Source: Lachnospiraceae bacterium UBA3774 (lineage in GTDB: Bacteria; Bacillota; Clostridia; Lachnospirales; Lachnospiraceae). From it: a stretch of DNA of 61,300 nucleotides. Within the stretch, counting starts at the first letter, position 1; each line of letters starts with the position of its first letter. The notes beneath the pieces were generated by a model. That model saw only the letters and a list, made by a program, of their open reading frames with translations. It searched no databases and had not been told where the DNA came from. This document shows, one piece after another, positions 37,800 to 47,227 of this stretch. Where the stretch lies: NCBI GenBank assembly GCA_002369255.1, contig DFFO01000104.1, forward strand, positions 1-61,300, written 5' to 3'. The position numbers and the translations under genes were made by a program.

Positions 37800-39289
37800 T
37801 GAAGATCGGAGGACTGGACGTCGGCACTACGGGCTGCAAGCTGACGGTCTTTGACGAAAAAGGCGGCAATCTGGGAAAAGCGTACCGGTCTTATCCGGTC
37901 AAAAGAAACCTCAGCGGTCATGAAATTGACGCAAAGGTACTTCTCGAATGCGTTTTTGAAGTCGTCTCCGAAGCCGCAAAGACCCATCCGGATCTTTCGG
38001 GTATTGGGGTGACGAGCTTCGGGGAAACCTTTGTGCTGACGGACGAAAGCGGCGAGCCGCTCTTTCCCGCTATGCTTTATTCTGATCCGAGAGGCGCGGA
38101 AGAATGTAATGAGCTGACAAAAAAACTCGGGGAAGAGAAGATCATAAAGATAACCGGTCTTCGTCCTCATGAAATGTACAGTATTTCAAAGCTTGTCTGG
38201 ATAAAGAACAACAAGCCTGAAATATATTCAAAGGCGAAACATATTTTCCTGATGGAAGATTACGTGGTATGGGCTCTTTCGGGAAAGGCGCAGATAGATT
38301 ATTCTCTCGCCTCAAGAACAATGGCGTTTGATATAAGCGCGCTTGACTGGAGCGGCGAGATACTTCAGGCTGCCGGCATAGAAAGAGCCATGTTCTCTCG
38401 GCCGGTCCGTACCGGGAGTGTCGCAGGAACAGTTACAAAAGAGGCTGCGGCGCGCACGGGTCTTTCTGATAAATGCCGTATAGTCTCGATAAGCCACGAC
38501 CAGATATCCGCCGCTGTCGGAGCCGGAGTCTTTGACGGAAAAGAGGCGGTGGACGGAGCAGGTACGGTGGAATGTCTTACTCCGATATATGACAGTCTTC
38601 CGGATACCGAGGTTATGTCAAACGGCTATTTTTCCGCGGTGCCTTATGTCGAAGAGGGAAAATACGCCGCATATGCGTTTTCATATACCGGAGGTGCGCT
38701 TTTGCAGTGGTGTGTGGAGAAATTCGCGGGCGGCGAAAAAGAAAAAGCCGACGCTGCAGGTCTGTCAATAAATGAATACCTGGAGCGCGCCTACGGACGG
38801 GATGAACCGAGCGGCCTTTTGGTACTGCCGCATTTTGCGGGAGCTGCGACCCCCTATATGGACAACGGCTCAAGAGGAGCGATCATTGGACTTGATACCG
38901 AAACGGATCTTCCGACGCTGTACCGTGCCTGCATGGAGGGCGTCGTATATGAAATGCGTCTGAATTTTGATGCGCTTAACAAAACTGGAGCCGTTATAAA
39001 AAAGATAAACGCTACCGGAGGCGGCGCGGGAAGCAAGGTCTGGATGCAGATGAAGGCGGACGTTCTGGGCGTCCCCGTTACCTCGCTTGAAACAAAGGAT
39101 GCCGGCACTGTGGGAAGCGCAATGCTGACCGGCTGCGCCATCGGTCTTTTCAAAGATCTGAAGGAAGCTGCCCGCGTAATGGTCCGTGAGGTAAAAACAT
39201 ACTATCCGCGCCCTGAAATGCATGAAAAATACGAAAAAATCTACAGCAGATACCGTAAAGTCTATGATGCGGTAAGACCGCTGGTATAA
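37799..39289 (+). CDS. FGGY-family carbohydrate kinase
   Basis: TGATG overlap with the upstream stop codon. N-terminal GLDVGTTGCKLTVFD, C-terminal ATGGGAGSKVWMQMKADVLGVPV. Confidence 0.8.
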   Translation: MKIGGLDVGTTGCKLTVFDEKGGNLGKAYRSYPVKRNLSGHEIDAKVLLECVFEVVSEAAKTHPDLSGIGVTSFGETFVLTDESGEPLFPAMLYSDPRGAEECNELTKKLGEEKIIKITGLRPHEMYSISKLVWIKNNKPEIYSKAKHIFLMEDYVVWALSGKAQIDYSLASRTMAFDISALDWSGEILQAAGIERAMFSRPVRTGSVAGTVTKEAAARTGLSDKCRIVSISHDQISAAVGAGVFDGKEAVDGAGTVECLTPIYDSLPDTEVMSNGYFSAVPYVEEGKYAAYAFSYTGGALLQWCVEKFAGGEKEKADAAGLSINEYLERAYGRDEPSGLLVLPHFAGAATPYMDNGSRGAIIGLDTETDLPTLYRACMEGVVYEMRLNFDALNKTGAVIKKINATGGGAGSKVWMQMKADVLGVPVTSLETKDAGTVGSAMLTGCAIGLFKDLKEAARVMVREVKTYYPRPEMHEKYEKIYSRYRKVYDAVRPLV

Positions 39290-39298
39290 GGAGAGAAA

Positions 39299-40135
39299 AT
39301 GCTTGTCAATCTTGTTGAGATACTGAAAAAAGCAGATGAAAACGGCTGCGCCGTGGGGGCTTTCAACACGCCGAATCTTGAATGTGTAAACGCGGTGATA
39401 TCAGCCGCAGAGGAATTAAACGTTCCCGTGATCATCAGTCATGCGCAGCTTCACGAAGAAGTTTCGCCGATCGCTGTTATAGGCCCGGTAATGATACAGG
39501 CTGCAAAATCCGCAAAAGTGCCTGTGTGCGTGCACCTTGACCATTGCGAGGACCTTGATTATATGCAGAGGGCACTAAAACTCGGTTTTACCGGAGTTAT
39601 GTTTGACGGCAGCACGCTTGCTTATGACGAGAACGTCAGACTGACAAAGCTTGCCGTAGAAATGGCCAAAAAATACGGCGCCGGTGTGGAAGCTGAACTC
39701 GGAGCGCTTGCTTCCCGCGAGGGAGGCGCAGAAAATGCGTCGGGGCCTGTTTATACGGACCCGGATCAGGCTGTGCTTTTTTGCCGTGAAACCGGAATAG
39801 ACGCGCTTGCGCCGAGCTTCGGGACCGCTCACGGGATATACAAGAGCAAGCCCGTGCTTGATTTGGAGCGTGTAAAAACGATCCGCGATCTGACAGGACT
39901 TCCTCTTGTTATGCACGGCGGCAGCGGCGTAAGCCCCGACGATTATCGCAGAGGCATTTCAAACGGTCTTCGCAAGATCAATTACTACAGCTACATGTCA
40001 AAGGCCGGAACCGCGGCCGTAAAAGAAATGCTCGAGAGCGAAGACGTGACGTTTTTCCACGATCTTGCGCTTGCCGCCGAAAAGGCGATGAAAGACGACG
40101 CAATAAAAGCCATGCGCATATTTGCGGGACTTTAA
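39299..40135 (+). CDS. class II ketose-(bis)phosphate aldolase (FbaA/GatY/KbaY family)
   Basis: GAFN, VHLDHC, MFDGS, ELG, GTAHGIYK and VMHGGSG. Confidence 0.8.
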   Translation: MLVNLVEILKKADENGCAVGAFNTPNLECVNAVISAAEELNVPVIISHAQLHEEVSPIAVIGPVMIQAAKSAKVPVCVHLDHCEDLDYMQRALKLGFTGVMFDGSTLAYDENVRLTKLAVEMAKKYGAGVEAELGALASREGGAENASGPVYTDPDQAVLFCRETGIDALAPSFGTAHGIYKSKPVLDLERVKTIRDLTGLPLVMHGGSGVSPDDYRRGISNGLRKINYYSYMSKAGTAAVKEMLESEDVTFFHDLALAAEKAMKDDAIKAMRIFAGL

Positions 40136-40231
40136 AAAGACTTTATGATCCTCTTGCTCCCTTCCGCCGCAGGTGTTATAGTATAAACGTACGGCATCCG
40201 CGTTAAGGCGGAGCTATAACGGAGGAAAAAA

Positions 40232-40807
40232 ATGAATAAAGAAAGATTTGATGTCAGGCGCATTGTCGGACTTGGCGTGCTTACGGCCATCGTTATCGTA
40301 CTTCAGATGGTTGGCGCGTTTGTCCGCTTTGGGCCTTTTTCTATCAGCCTGACGCTTGCGCCGATCGTGATAGGCGCGGCGCTCTACGGACCTGTGGCCG
40401 GCGCGTGGCTGGGACTTGTTTTCGGCGTAGTCGTGCTTTTTAACGACTCGGCCCCGTTCCTTGCGGTAAGCGCGCTTGGCACCGCCATAACGGTATTGCT
40501 CAAAGGTATTTTGTGCGGCTTTGTCAGCGGCCTTGTTTACAGGGCGTTGTGCAAAAAAAACGTTTGGCTTGCGGCCATAGCTGCTGCGATAGTCTGCCCG
40601 GTGGTAAATACGGGGATTTTCGTAATAGGCTGTTTTATCTGGTTCATGCCGACGATCGCCGGATGGGGAGCCGGGCTTGGCTTTGAAGACGGGATCAGCT
40701 ACCTGTTTTTGGGAATGATAGGCATCAATTTCCTTATTGAACTCGGGATAAATATCGTGCTTAGCTCGGTTATTGTCAAAATACTTGCCGCTATCCGTGA
40801 AAATTGA
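40232..40807 (+). CDS. ECF transporter S component, FolT-like
   Basis: 191-aa, six-helix hydrophobic protein with a GGAGG RBS. ISLTLAPIVIGAALYGPVAGAWLG resembles the folate-family S components as I remember them. Substrate assignment is tentative. Confidence 0.55.
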   Translation: MNKERFDVRRIVGLGVLTAIVIVLQMVGAFVRFGPFSISLTLAPIVIGAALYGPVAGAWLGLVFGVVVLFNDSAPFLAVSALGTAITVLLKGILCGFVSGLVYRALCKKNVWLAAIAAAIVCPVVNTGIFVIGCFIWFMPTIAGWGAGLGFEDGISYLFLGMIGINFLIELGINIVLSSVIVKILAAIREN

Positions 40808-40884
40808 GCATTTTGTTATCATCGTAAAAACGGAAAAATTCAAAAAAATCGAAAATGATTGTTCTTCGTTTCTTTATTTTTAAA

Positions 40885-40913
40885 GTGACAAAAAAATGCC
40901 GTTGTGCTATATT
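40885..40913 (+). promoter_or_regulatory. putative sigma-A promoter of gdhA
   Basis: GTGACA, 17-nt spacer, TATATT, about 55 nt upstream of the start codon. Confidence 0.4.
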
Positions 40914-40966
40914 CAAAGCGATGGAACGGTGTCTTGTTCCGCTAAAATAATAGGAGGAAAGATAAT

Positions 40967-42313
40967 ATGTCGTATGTAGAAGATGTATTGGCAAAAGTAA
41001 AAGCCCGCGATGCTCACGAACCCGAGTTTATTCAGACTGTCGAGGAAGTCCTCACTTCCTTAAAGCCTATGATAGACAAACATCCGGAATATGAAAAAGC
41101 CGGACTTTTAGAGCGCCTTGTAGAGCCTGAGCGCGTTATTGAGTTTCGCGTTCCCTGGGTTGACGATGAAGGAAAGGTTCAGGTCAACCGCGGCTACCGT
41201 GTACAGTTCAACAGCGCTATCGGACCATACAAGGGAGGACTTCGTTTTGCTTCTCACGTAAATCTTTCGGTTGTCAAATTCCTTGGTTTTGAACAGACCT
41301 TCAAAAACAGCCTTACCACACTTCCTATGGGCGGCGGCAAAGGCGGATCGGACTTTGATCCTAACGGAAAGAGCGACGGAGAGATCATGCGTTTTTGTCA
41401 GTCGTTTATGACAGAGCTTCAGCGCCACATCGGTCCCAACATCGACGTTCCCGCCGGCGATATCGGCGTAGGCGGTCGTGAGATCGGTTTCCTTTGGGGA
41501 CAGTACAAGAAGGTACGCGGCGCGTTTGAAAACGGCGTTATCACAGGTAAGGGAATCAGCTACGGCGGTTCGCTTATCCGTCCCGAAGCTACCGGATACG
41601 GTGCGGTATATTATCTTTGCGAAGTTCTTAAACATGAGAACGATACCATAGAAGGCAAGACCATCGGCATTTCAGGTTTTGGAAACGTTTCCTGGGGTGT
41701 TGCGAAAAAGGCCGCTCAGCTCGGCGCAAAAGTAGTTACGCTTGCAGGCCCTGACGGATATATCTATGATCCTGAAGGAGTCGTAACCGAAGAAAAACTC
41801 AATTACATGCTTGAGATGCGCAGCAGCGGACGCAACAGGGTTCAGGATTATGCTGACAAGTTTGGAGTACAGTTCTTTGCCGGCCAGAAGCCTTGGGGCC
41901 AGAAGGTTGATATCGCTATGCCTTGCGCTTTCCAGAATGAGCTTGGCATGAAGGAGATTCAGCAGGTTATCGACAACGGTACGAAGTACTACATCGAGGT
42001 TGCAAATATGCCTACCACAAACGAAGCGCTTGCTCACGTTATGGCTCAGCCCGGTATGATCGTAGCTCCTTCAAAGGCTGTAAATGCCGGCGGCGTTGCA
42101 GTTTCCGGTCTTGAAATGAGCCAGAACTCGGAGCGCCTGCTCTGGTCTGAAGAGGAAGTTGACAAGAAGCTTCACGACATCATGATCAATATCCATGAAG
42201 CGTCTGTAGCGGCGGCTGAAGAAGCAGGCCTCGGATACAATCTCGTAGCCGGTGCAAACCTTGCAGGATTCAAGAAAGTAGCCGACGCCATGATGGCTCA
42301 GGGTATCGTCTGA
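40967..42313 (+). CDS. gdhA: NADP-specific glutamate dehydrogenase
   Basis: LPMGGGKGGSDFDPNGKSDGEIMRFCQSFMTEL and GISGFGNVSW. 448 aa with an AGGAGG RBS. Confidence 0.92.
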   Translation: MSYVEDVLAKVKARDAHEPEFIQTVEEVLTSLKPMIDKHPEYEKAGLLERLVEPERVIEFRVPWVDDEGKVQVNRGYRVQFNSAIGPYKGGLRFASHVNLSVVKFLGFEQTFKNSLTTLPMGGGKGGSDFDPNGKSDGEIMRFCQSFMTELQRHIGPNIDVPAGDIGVGGREIGFLWGQYKKVRGAFENGVITGKGISYGGSLIRPEATGYGAVYYLCEVLKHENDTIEGKTIGISGFGNVSWGVAKKAAQLGAKVVTLAGPDGYIYDPEGVVTEEKLNYMLEMRSSGRNRVQDYADKFGVQFFAGQKPWGQKVDIAMPCAFQNELGMKEIQQVIDNGTKYYIEVANMPTTNEALAHVMAQPGMIVAPSKAVNAGGVAVSGLEMSQNSERLLWSEEEVDKKLHDIMINIHEASVAAAEEAGLGYNLVAGANLAGFKKVADAMMAQGIV

Positions 42314-42331
42314 TTTACACAGACATTTTAG

Positions 42332-42354
42332 GGGGACCTGCGGGTCCCCTTTTT
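42332..42354 (+). terminator. rho-independent terminator
   Basis: GGGGACC-tgcg-GGTCCCC followed by TTTTT. Confidence 0.8.
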
Positions 42355-42450
42355 CTTTACCACAAAGGCCGCGCATTGATATTTCATTGCCTTTGTGGTA
42401 TAAATAACGGGTTATACTGTGTTTTTGTTTTTACTGATAAGAGGTATATT

Positions 42451-42822
42451 ATGACGTTACTTGAATCAGGAGAAATGTATCTCGAGACGATTCTGATCCT
42501 GTCGCGCGAGAACGGCTTTGTCAGAGCGGTTGATATCGGCGATTATATGGGTTACTCAAAACCCAGCGTCAGCCGCGCCATGGGCTTGCTTAAAGGCGAC
42601 GGTTATATAACCGTATCAAAGGACGGCGGCATAGAGCTTACCGAAAAAGGCCGTCTGATTGCCGAAAAAATATATTCACGGCATACAAAGCTTACCGAAT
42701 TTTTTAAAATTATCGGCGTTGACAGCGAAACGGCGACGGACGATGCCTGCCGCATTGAGCACGTAATCAGCGACAAAACGTTCAATGCGCTTTGCAAACA
42801 TCTTGATGAAATGAGGAGGTGA
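42451..42822 (+). CDS. DtxR/MntR-family metal-dependent transcriptional repressor (short form)
   Basis: Start at ATG 42451 after GAGG. SGEMYLETILIL...VRAVDIGDYMGYSKPSVSRAMGLLKGDGYI... is the DtxR-type winged helix. Confidence 0.7.
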   Translation: MTLLESGEMYLETILILSRENGFVRAVDIGDYMGYSKPSVSRAMGLLKGDGYITVSKDGGIELTEKGRLIAEKIYSRHTKLTEFFKIIGVDSETATDDACRIEHVISDKTFNALCKHLDEMRR

Positions 42823-42827
42823 CCGCT

Positions 42828-43640
42828 ATGGCGGACAACAGACCGATAGGAGTATTTGACAGCGGAGTGGGCGGACTTACGGTTTTTCGTGAGATCATGA
42901 AAAAAATGCCGGATGAAAAGGTAGTTTATTTCGGAGATACGGCGCGAGTACCTTATGGAGACCGCGACCCCGCTCAGGTAGTGGATTTTTCACGGCAGAT
43001 AGTAAGATTTTTGCGTACGCATAACGTCAAGGCCGTGGTAATAGCCTGCAATACGGCTACTGCGCCTTCGCTGCCATATCTTCGCGCGGAAAACGATATA
43101 CCGATCATCGGAGTCATACAGCCCGGCGCCAGAGGCGCCTGCGCGGCCTCGGCGAGCGGAAAGATCGGGGTAATAGCTACCGCAGGTACCATTAAGAGCG
43201 GTCAGTATCCCAAACACATAAAAGAAATCAGACCGGAGGCGGAAGTATTCGGAAAAGCGTGCCCCAAGTTCGTTCCTTTGATCGAAGCGGGAAAAACTCA
43301 CGCAGAGGAAACCGCAGCGGTGGTTCACGAATATCTCGGGGAACTGAAAGATAAAGGCATAGACGCCTTGGTAATGGGATGTACGCATTATCCGCTTCTT
43401 CGCGATCTTTTGCAAAAGGAGTGCGGCGAAGGCATAACGCTCGTTAATCCTGCCGAAGAGACAGTAAAGGAACTGCATGAAACCCTTGCCGCCTCGGATG
43501 GACTCGCCTCTTGCGGCGACGCTCTGCCCGCACACGAGTATTACTGCAGCGGAGATCCGGAGTCTTTCAGGGCTTTCGCGGCAAAAGTCCTTCCTCAGGA
43601 AGTATCGCAGGTAGGAGTAATAGATATCGACAAATATTAA
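42828..43640 (+). CDS. murI: glutamate racemase
   Basis: ATG 42828 lies 8 nt after GAGGAGG. Motifs GVFDSGVGGLTV, IACNTAT and GCTHYP. Confidence 0.9.
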   Translation: MADNRPIGVFDSGVGGLTVFREIMKKMPDEKVVYFGDTARVPYGDRDPAQVVDFSRQIVRFLRTHNVKAVVIACNTATAPSLPYLRAENDIPIIGVIQPGARGACAASASGKIGVIATAGTIKSGQYPKHIKEIRPEAEVFGKACPKFVPLIEAGKTHAEETAAVVHEYLGELKDKGIDALVMGCTHYPLLRDLLQKECGEGITLVNPAEETVKELHETLAASDGLASCGDALPAHEYYCSGDPESFRAFAAKVLPQEVSQVGVIDIDKY

Positions 43641-43656
43641 CAGCTTGGAGATTTAG

Positions 43657-44088
43657 ATGCAGAGAAACGTTGTTGTCAGCGTGAAAGGCTCGTTTGCCGT
43701 TACAGGATCCGGGATACCGGAGTCTCCTGAAGTGGAAGTCATCACGGAGGGCGAGTACTTTGAACAGGGAAACTTAAAATGCATAACGTATGAGGAGATA
43801 GACCCTCAGTTTCCCGAGCCGATACGCAATATTATCAGCATAAACGGTCAGCAGGTCACAATGAAAAAACGCGGACTGATAAACACGGATATGACTTTCC
43901 GGAAAAACGCTGAGCAGATCACGCATTATTCCACCCCATACGGAAATCTCATCCTCGGGATAAAGGCGACGAATATGTATATTTGGGACACCGAAGATGA
44001 GCTTTTCGTGAACATAGATTATTCGCTTTCTTTAAACTATAACTATTCGCATAACTGCAAAGTATCTATACAGGTACAAAGCAGGTAA
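43657..44088 (+). CDS. DUF1934-like small beta-barrel protein
   Basis: 143 aa, with a pattern typical of YwiB/DUF1934 proteins (I recall this only loosely). Confidence 0.45.
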   Translation: MQRNVVVSVKGSFAVTGSGIPESPEVEVITEGEYFEQGNLKCITYEEIDPQFPEPIRNIISINGQQVTMKKRGLINTDMTFRKNAEQITHYSTPYGNLILGIKATNMYIWDTEDELFVNIDYSLSLNYNYSHNCKVSIQVQSR

Positions 44089-44104
44089 TGCGCAGGGAGA
44101 GATT

Positions 44105-45529
44105 TTGTCTAAGATTCGCAACGCACTGTTTTTTTTACTGTTAACAGTATTTTTAGCCGGTTCCGCGGTCAGCGTAAGAGCTGCCGGCGGATCCCGGTTT
44201 GAACTTACGGACGCCCGGAACATGGCGGGTATGCCGTCTGCGCCTTCAATAAGCTCGCGCAGCGCTTTTGTAATAGAGCTAAACTCAGGCGAGGTTATTT
44301 TTGCAAAAAATGAAAATGAGGACAGGTATCCCGCAAGCATTACAAAAGTAATGACTGCGCTTGTCGTAATAGAAAATTGCGATCTTGAAGAGGAAGTTAC
44401 TTTTTCAAAAGCTTCTGTCACGGATATTGAAGACGGCGGACACAACTGGAGCTTTAAAGAGGGCGAAGTCCTTACTGTTGAACAGTGTCTTTACGGCCTT
44501 ATGCTCAATTCCGTAAACGAATGCGCCTATGCGCTTGCGGAGCACGTCGGAGGGTCGATAGAAGGTTTTGCGGCGATGATGAATGAAAAAGCCGCCGAGC
44601 TTGGCTGCACGAATACGCATTTTGTCAATCCGCACGGACTCAATGACCCTGAGCATATCACGACGGCGCACGATATGGGGCTGATCTTCTGGGCTGCGCT
44701 TGAAAATGAAACCTTTTATACCATAGATTCAACGGTATCGTACAAAATTCCTCCCACGCAAAAAAATCCCGACGGTTATTCGTTCACGATGCATCACAAG
44801 ATGATGCTGAAAGACAGCGGATATTATAATGAAACCGTAAAGGCCGGAAAAACGGGTTATACGTCTCTGGCAAAACATACGCTGGTCACATATGCGCAGT
44901 CGGGCGATGCAAGACTCGCCGTCATATGCATGAAAGAGGGTACGGACGGAGCCACTATCTACGAGGATACAAAAAAGCTGATAAATTACGGGTTTGACAA
45001 TTTTTCTCTGAAGGATCTGAATGCGCAGATGAATGCGGTGGCCTTCGGGATAAACGGCGCGTCGCCTCTCCCGGTGAAAACGGGAGACAGCCTTTTTGTT
45101 TACGTCCCGTCAAAATACGAAAACGTTTCCGCCTCCTTTGAACCCGGCGCCGACGGCAGTCTCGGAACTGTGTCGGTGAAATCGGACACGGCAACGATCC
45201 TTGAAAAAACGCTGTCAGAAGATTCCGAAATACTCGCCGGGACGTTGAATACACAAGAAAAGACCGATACAAAAGAGTCTGAAGAGAGAACGAGCGGAAG
45301 CGAAGAAACACAAAAAGGCACGAGCTTTTTCAGTGTTTTGCTTAAGATTATCATAATTATAGTTTTTACTGTTATTGGACTTGTTTTTATTTATTGGGTT
45401 GTGATACAATTCATAAAACGGCGTCGTATGCGACTCAGACGTGAACAAGCTATAAGAAAAGCACGAATTCAGCGGATCCGAAGACTGCGCGAGCAGGAGC
45501 GAAGGGCTGCTGAAGATTTTGACGTTTAA
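44105..45529 (+). CDS. serine-type D-Ala-D-Ala carboxypeptidase (PBP5/S11-like) with a TM helix and Arg-rich tail
   Basis: TTG start and a signal peptide. SITKVMT (SxxK), SVNE (SxN) and KTGYT (KTG). C-terminus is IIIIIVFTVIGLVFIYWVVIQFI followed by KRRRMRLRREQAIRKARIQRIRRLREQERR. Confidence 0.85.
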   Translation: MSKIRNALFFLLLTVFLAGSAVSVRAAGGSRFELTDARNMAGMPSAPSISSRSAFVIELNSGEVIFAKNENEDRYPASITKVMTALVVIENCDLEEEVTFSKASVTDIEDGGHNWSFKEGEVLTVEQCLYGLMLNSVNECAYALAEHVGGSIEGFAAMMNEKAAELGCTNTHFVNPHGLNDPEHITTAHDMGLIFWAALENETFYTIDSTVSYKIPPTQKNPDGYSFTMHHKMMLKDSGYYNETVKAGKTGYTSLAKHTLVTYAQSGDARLAVICMKEGTDGATIYEDTKKLINYGFDNFSLKDLNAQMNAVAFGINGASPLPVKTGDSLFVYVPSKYENVSASFEPGADGSLGTVSVKSDTATILEKTLSEDSEILAGTLNTQEKTDTKESEERTSGSEETQKGTSFFSVLLKIIIIIVFTVIGLVFIYWVVIQFIKRRRMRLRREQAIRKARIQRIRRLREQERRAAEDFDV

Positions 45530-45554
45530 TAAATATTTTTTAAGGAGAAAGAAT

Positions 45555-46370
45555 ATGCTGAAAAAGAATGCGGACAATTCATATGAAATTGACCTGATAG
45601 CTTTGTTTAAGGCTCTCTGGAAAAGAATATGGATTATCATCGTTTCCGCGATTGTTGTTGGAGCTGCGTTTTTCGCTTATTCAAAAGCCAGGATTACACC
45701 CAAATACAGTGCCAGCACTATGCTATATGTAAACAACGGAGGCACTATCGACGTAAAATCATACAAGATTTCCGCATCCGACCTTAGCACCGCACAGAGC
45801 CTGGTAAGCACCTACCTTGTAATTCTTACTTCAAGGACCTGTCTGAATGAGGTTATTGCGGAGGCCGGACTTAATTATTCCTATGAGGCGCTTGTCAGTA
45901 TGATCAGCGCGTCCGCAGTGGACGAAACGGAAATATTCAGGGTCACGGTCACAAGTACGAGCGCGGAAGAGGCAAAACTCATTGCAAATACGATTGCGGA
46001 CGTTCTTCCCGAGAAGATCAGCGATATCGTGGACGGCAGCTCGGTCCGCGTCGTTGACTATGCCGTTACAAACAACACCCGCATCTCTCCCAACTACTCG
46101 AGATATGCCATTATCGGCGCGGTAGTCGGCGCAGTAGTTTCAGTCATCCTCATTATCATTGTTCAGCTTGCTGACGATATCATCCACAACGACGAATACA
46201 TTACCGAAACGTATCCGGATCTTCCGCTTCTTGCGACTATTCCGGACTTGACCACGCATAACAAAAACGCATACAGCTACGGCCCAAAAAACAAAATAGC
46301 CAGAGGCTATGAGGATTCGTACCGCAGCGCAGTGTCCGACGAAAAGTTTTCCGCTAAGAAGGAGGCGTAA
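45555..46370 (+). CDS. Wzz/CpsC-type polysaccharide chain-length determinant (BY-kinase modulator)
   Basis: ATG 45555 after AAGGAG. N-terminal IDLIALFKALWKRIWIIIVSAIVVG and a second TM helix near the C-terminus. Confidence 0.8.
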   Translation: MLKKNADNSYEIDLIALFKALWKRIWIIIVSAIVVGAAFFAYSKARITPKYSASTMLYVNNGGTIDVKSYKISASDLSTAQSLVSTYLVILTSRTCLNEVIAEAGLNYSYEALVSMISASAVDETEIFRVTVTSTSAEEAKLIANTIADVLPEKISDIVDGSSVRVVDYAVTNNTRISPNYSRYAIIGAVVGAVVSVILIIIVQLADDIIHNDEYITETYPDLPLLATIPDLTTHNKNAYSYGPKNKIARGYEDSYRSAVSDEKFSAKKEA

Positions 46371-46372
46371 AG

Positions 46373-47194
46373 ATGGCAAGGAGAGATAAGAATATAGTAT
46401 CAAGCGCGGATCAGCGTATGCTCGTCTGCGAAAATCTGAGCTTTGCCGCCTCCGAAGCATACAAGCTCCTTCGCGCAAACCTCACTTTCGCATTGGCCGA
46501 CGTAGAAAAATCACCCATAGTCGGTATTACCAGTTCGACTCGCGGCGAGGCAAAGACCACTACCGCAATCAACCTCGCTTATACTATTGCGGAAACAGGA
46601 AAAAAAGTTCTTCTGGTTGACGGCGACATGCGTTTGCCTAATATCGCGAGAGTTTTACAGACAAAGAAGGCTCCCGGACTTTCAAATATCATCGCAGGTC
46701 TTAATACGATTGATGAGTGCGTACAGAATATCGGACTTCTGGAAAACTGGGACGTGCTTCCTTCGGGAGACATCCCTCCAAACCCTTCGGAGCTGCTAAA
46801 CTCTGAGTCAATGGTTGCTTTAATCGATAAGCTTCGTGAAGAATACGAGTTCGTCGTATTTGACCTTCCGCCCGTCGGTATCGTTTCCGACGCGCTTGTT
46901 GCAGCACAGAACATTGACGGTCTTGTTGTTGTCGCAAGACAGGATTATACCAGCAGAAAGGGCCTCGGACAGTGTATTTCACAGCTGAGTCCCTTAAAAG
47001 AAAAGGTTCTCGGCATCGTATTTACCGACGCCAGCAAGAACAACAAGAGCCGCTATTACAGAGCTGCCAAGTATAGGTACTCAAAGCATTACGGGTACAA
47101 TTACGGATACAGCTACGGTTATGCGAAGAGCCGCGCAAAAGCAAAGAAGTCGGCAAGCGACGAAAAAGAAGCCGCAGCGGAAAAAAGCGAGTAA
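46373..47194 (+). CDS. CpsD/CapB-type bacterial tyrosine kinase
   Basis: Walker A-like SSTRGEAKTT, LLVDGDMRLP and VVFDLPPVG. The C-terminal Tyr cluster is YRYSKHYGYNYGYSYGY. Confidence 0.85.
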   Translation: MARRDKNIVSSADQRMLVCENLSFAASEAYKLLRANLTFALADVEKSPIVGITSSTRGEAKTTTAINLAYTIAETGKKVLLVDGDMRLPNIARVLQTKKAPGLSNIIAGLNTIDECVQNIGLLENWDVLPSGDIPPNPSELLNSESMVALIDKLREEYEFVVFDLPPVGIVSDALVAAQNIDGLVVVARQDYTSRKGLGQCISQLSPLKEKVLGIVFTDASKNNKSRYYRAAKYRYSKHYGYNYGYSYGYAKSRAKAKKSASDEKEAAAEKSE

Positions 47195-47227
47195 ATATTT
47201 TACTTAAGAATAACAGGAACATAGAAA

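Noticed and set aside
40214-40843. 209-aa minus-strand ORF overlapping the ECF S-component gene.
   Set aside because: Its translation is a highly basic, low-complexity mirror of a hydrophobic membrane protein. The plus-strand ORF has a GGAGG RBS and a coherent six-helix profile.
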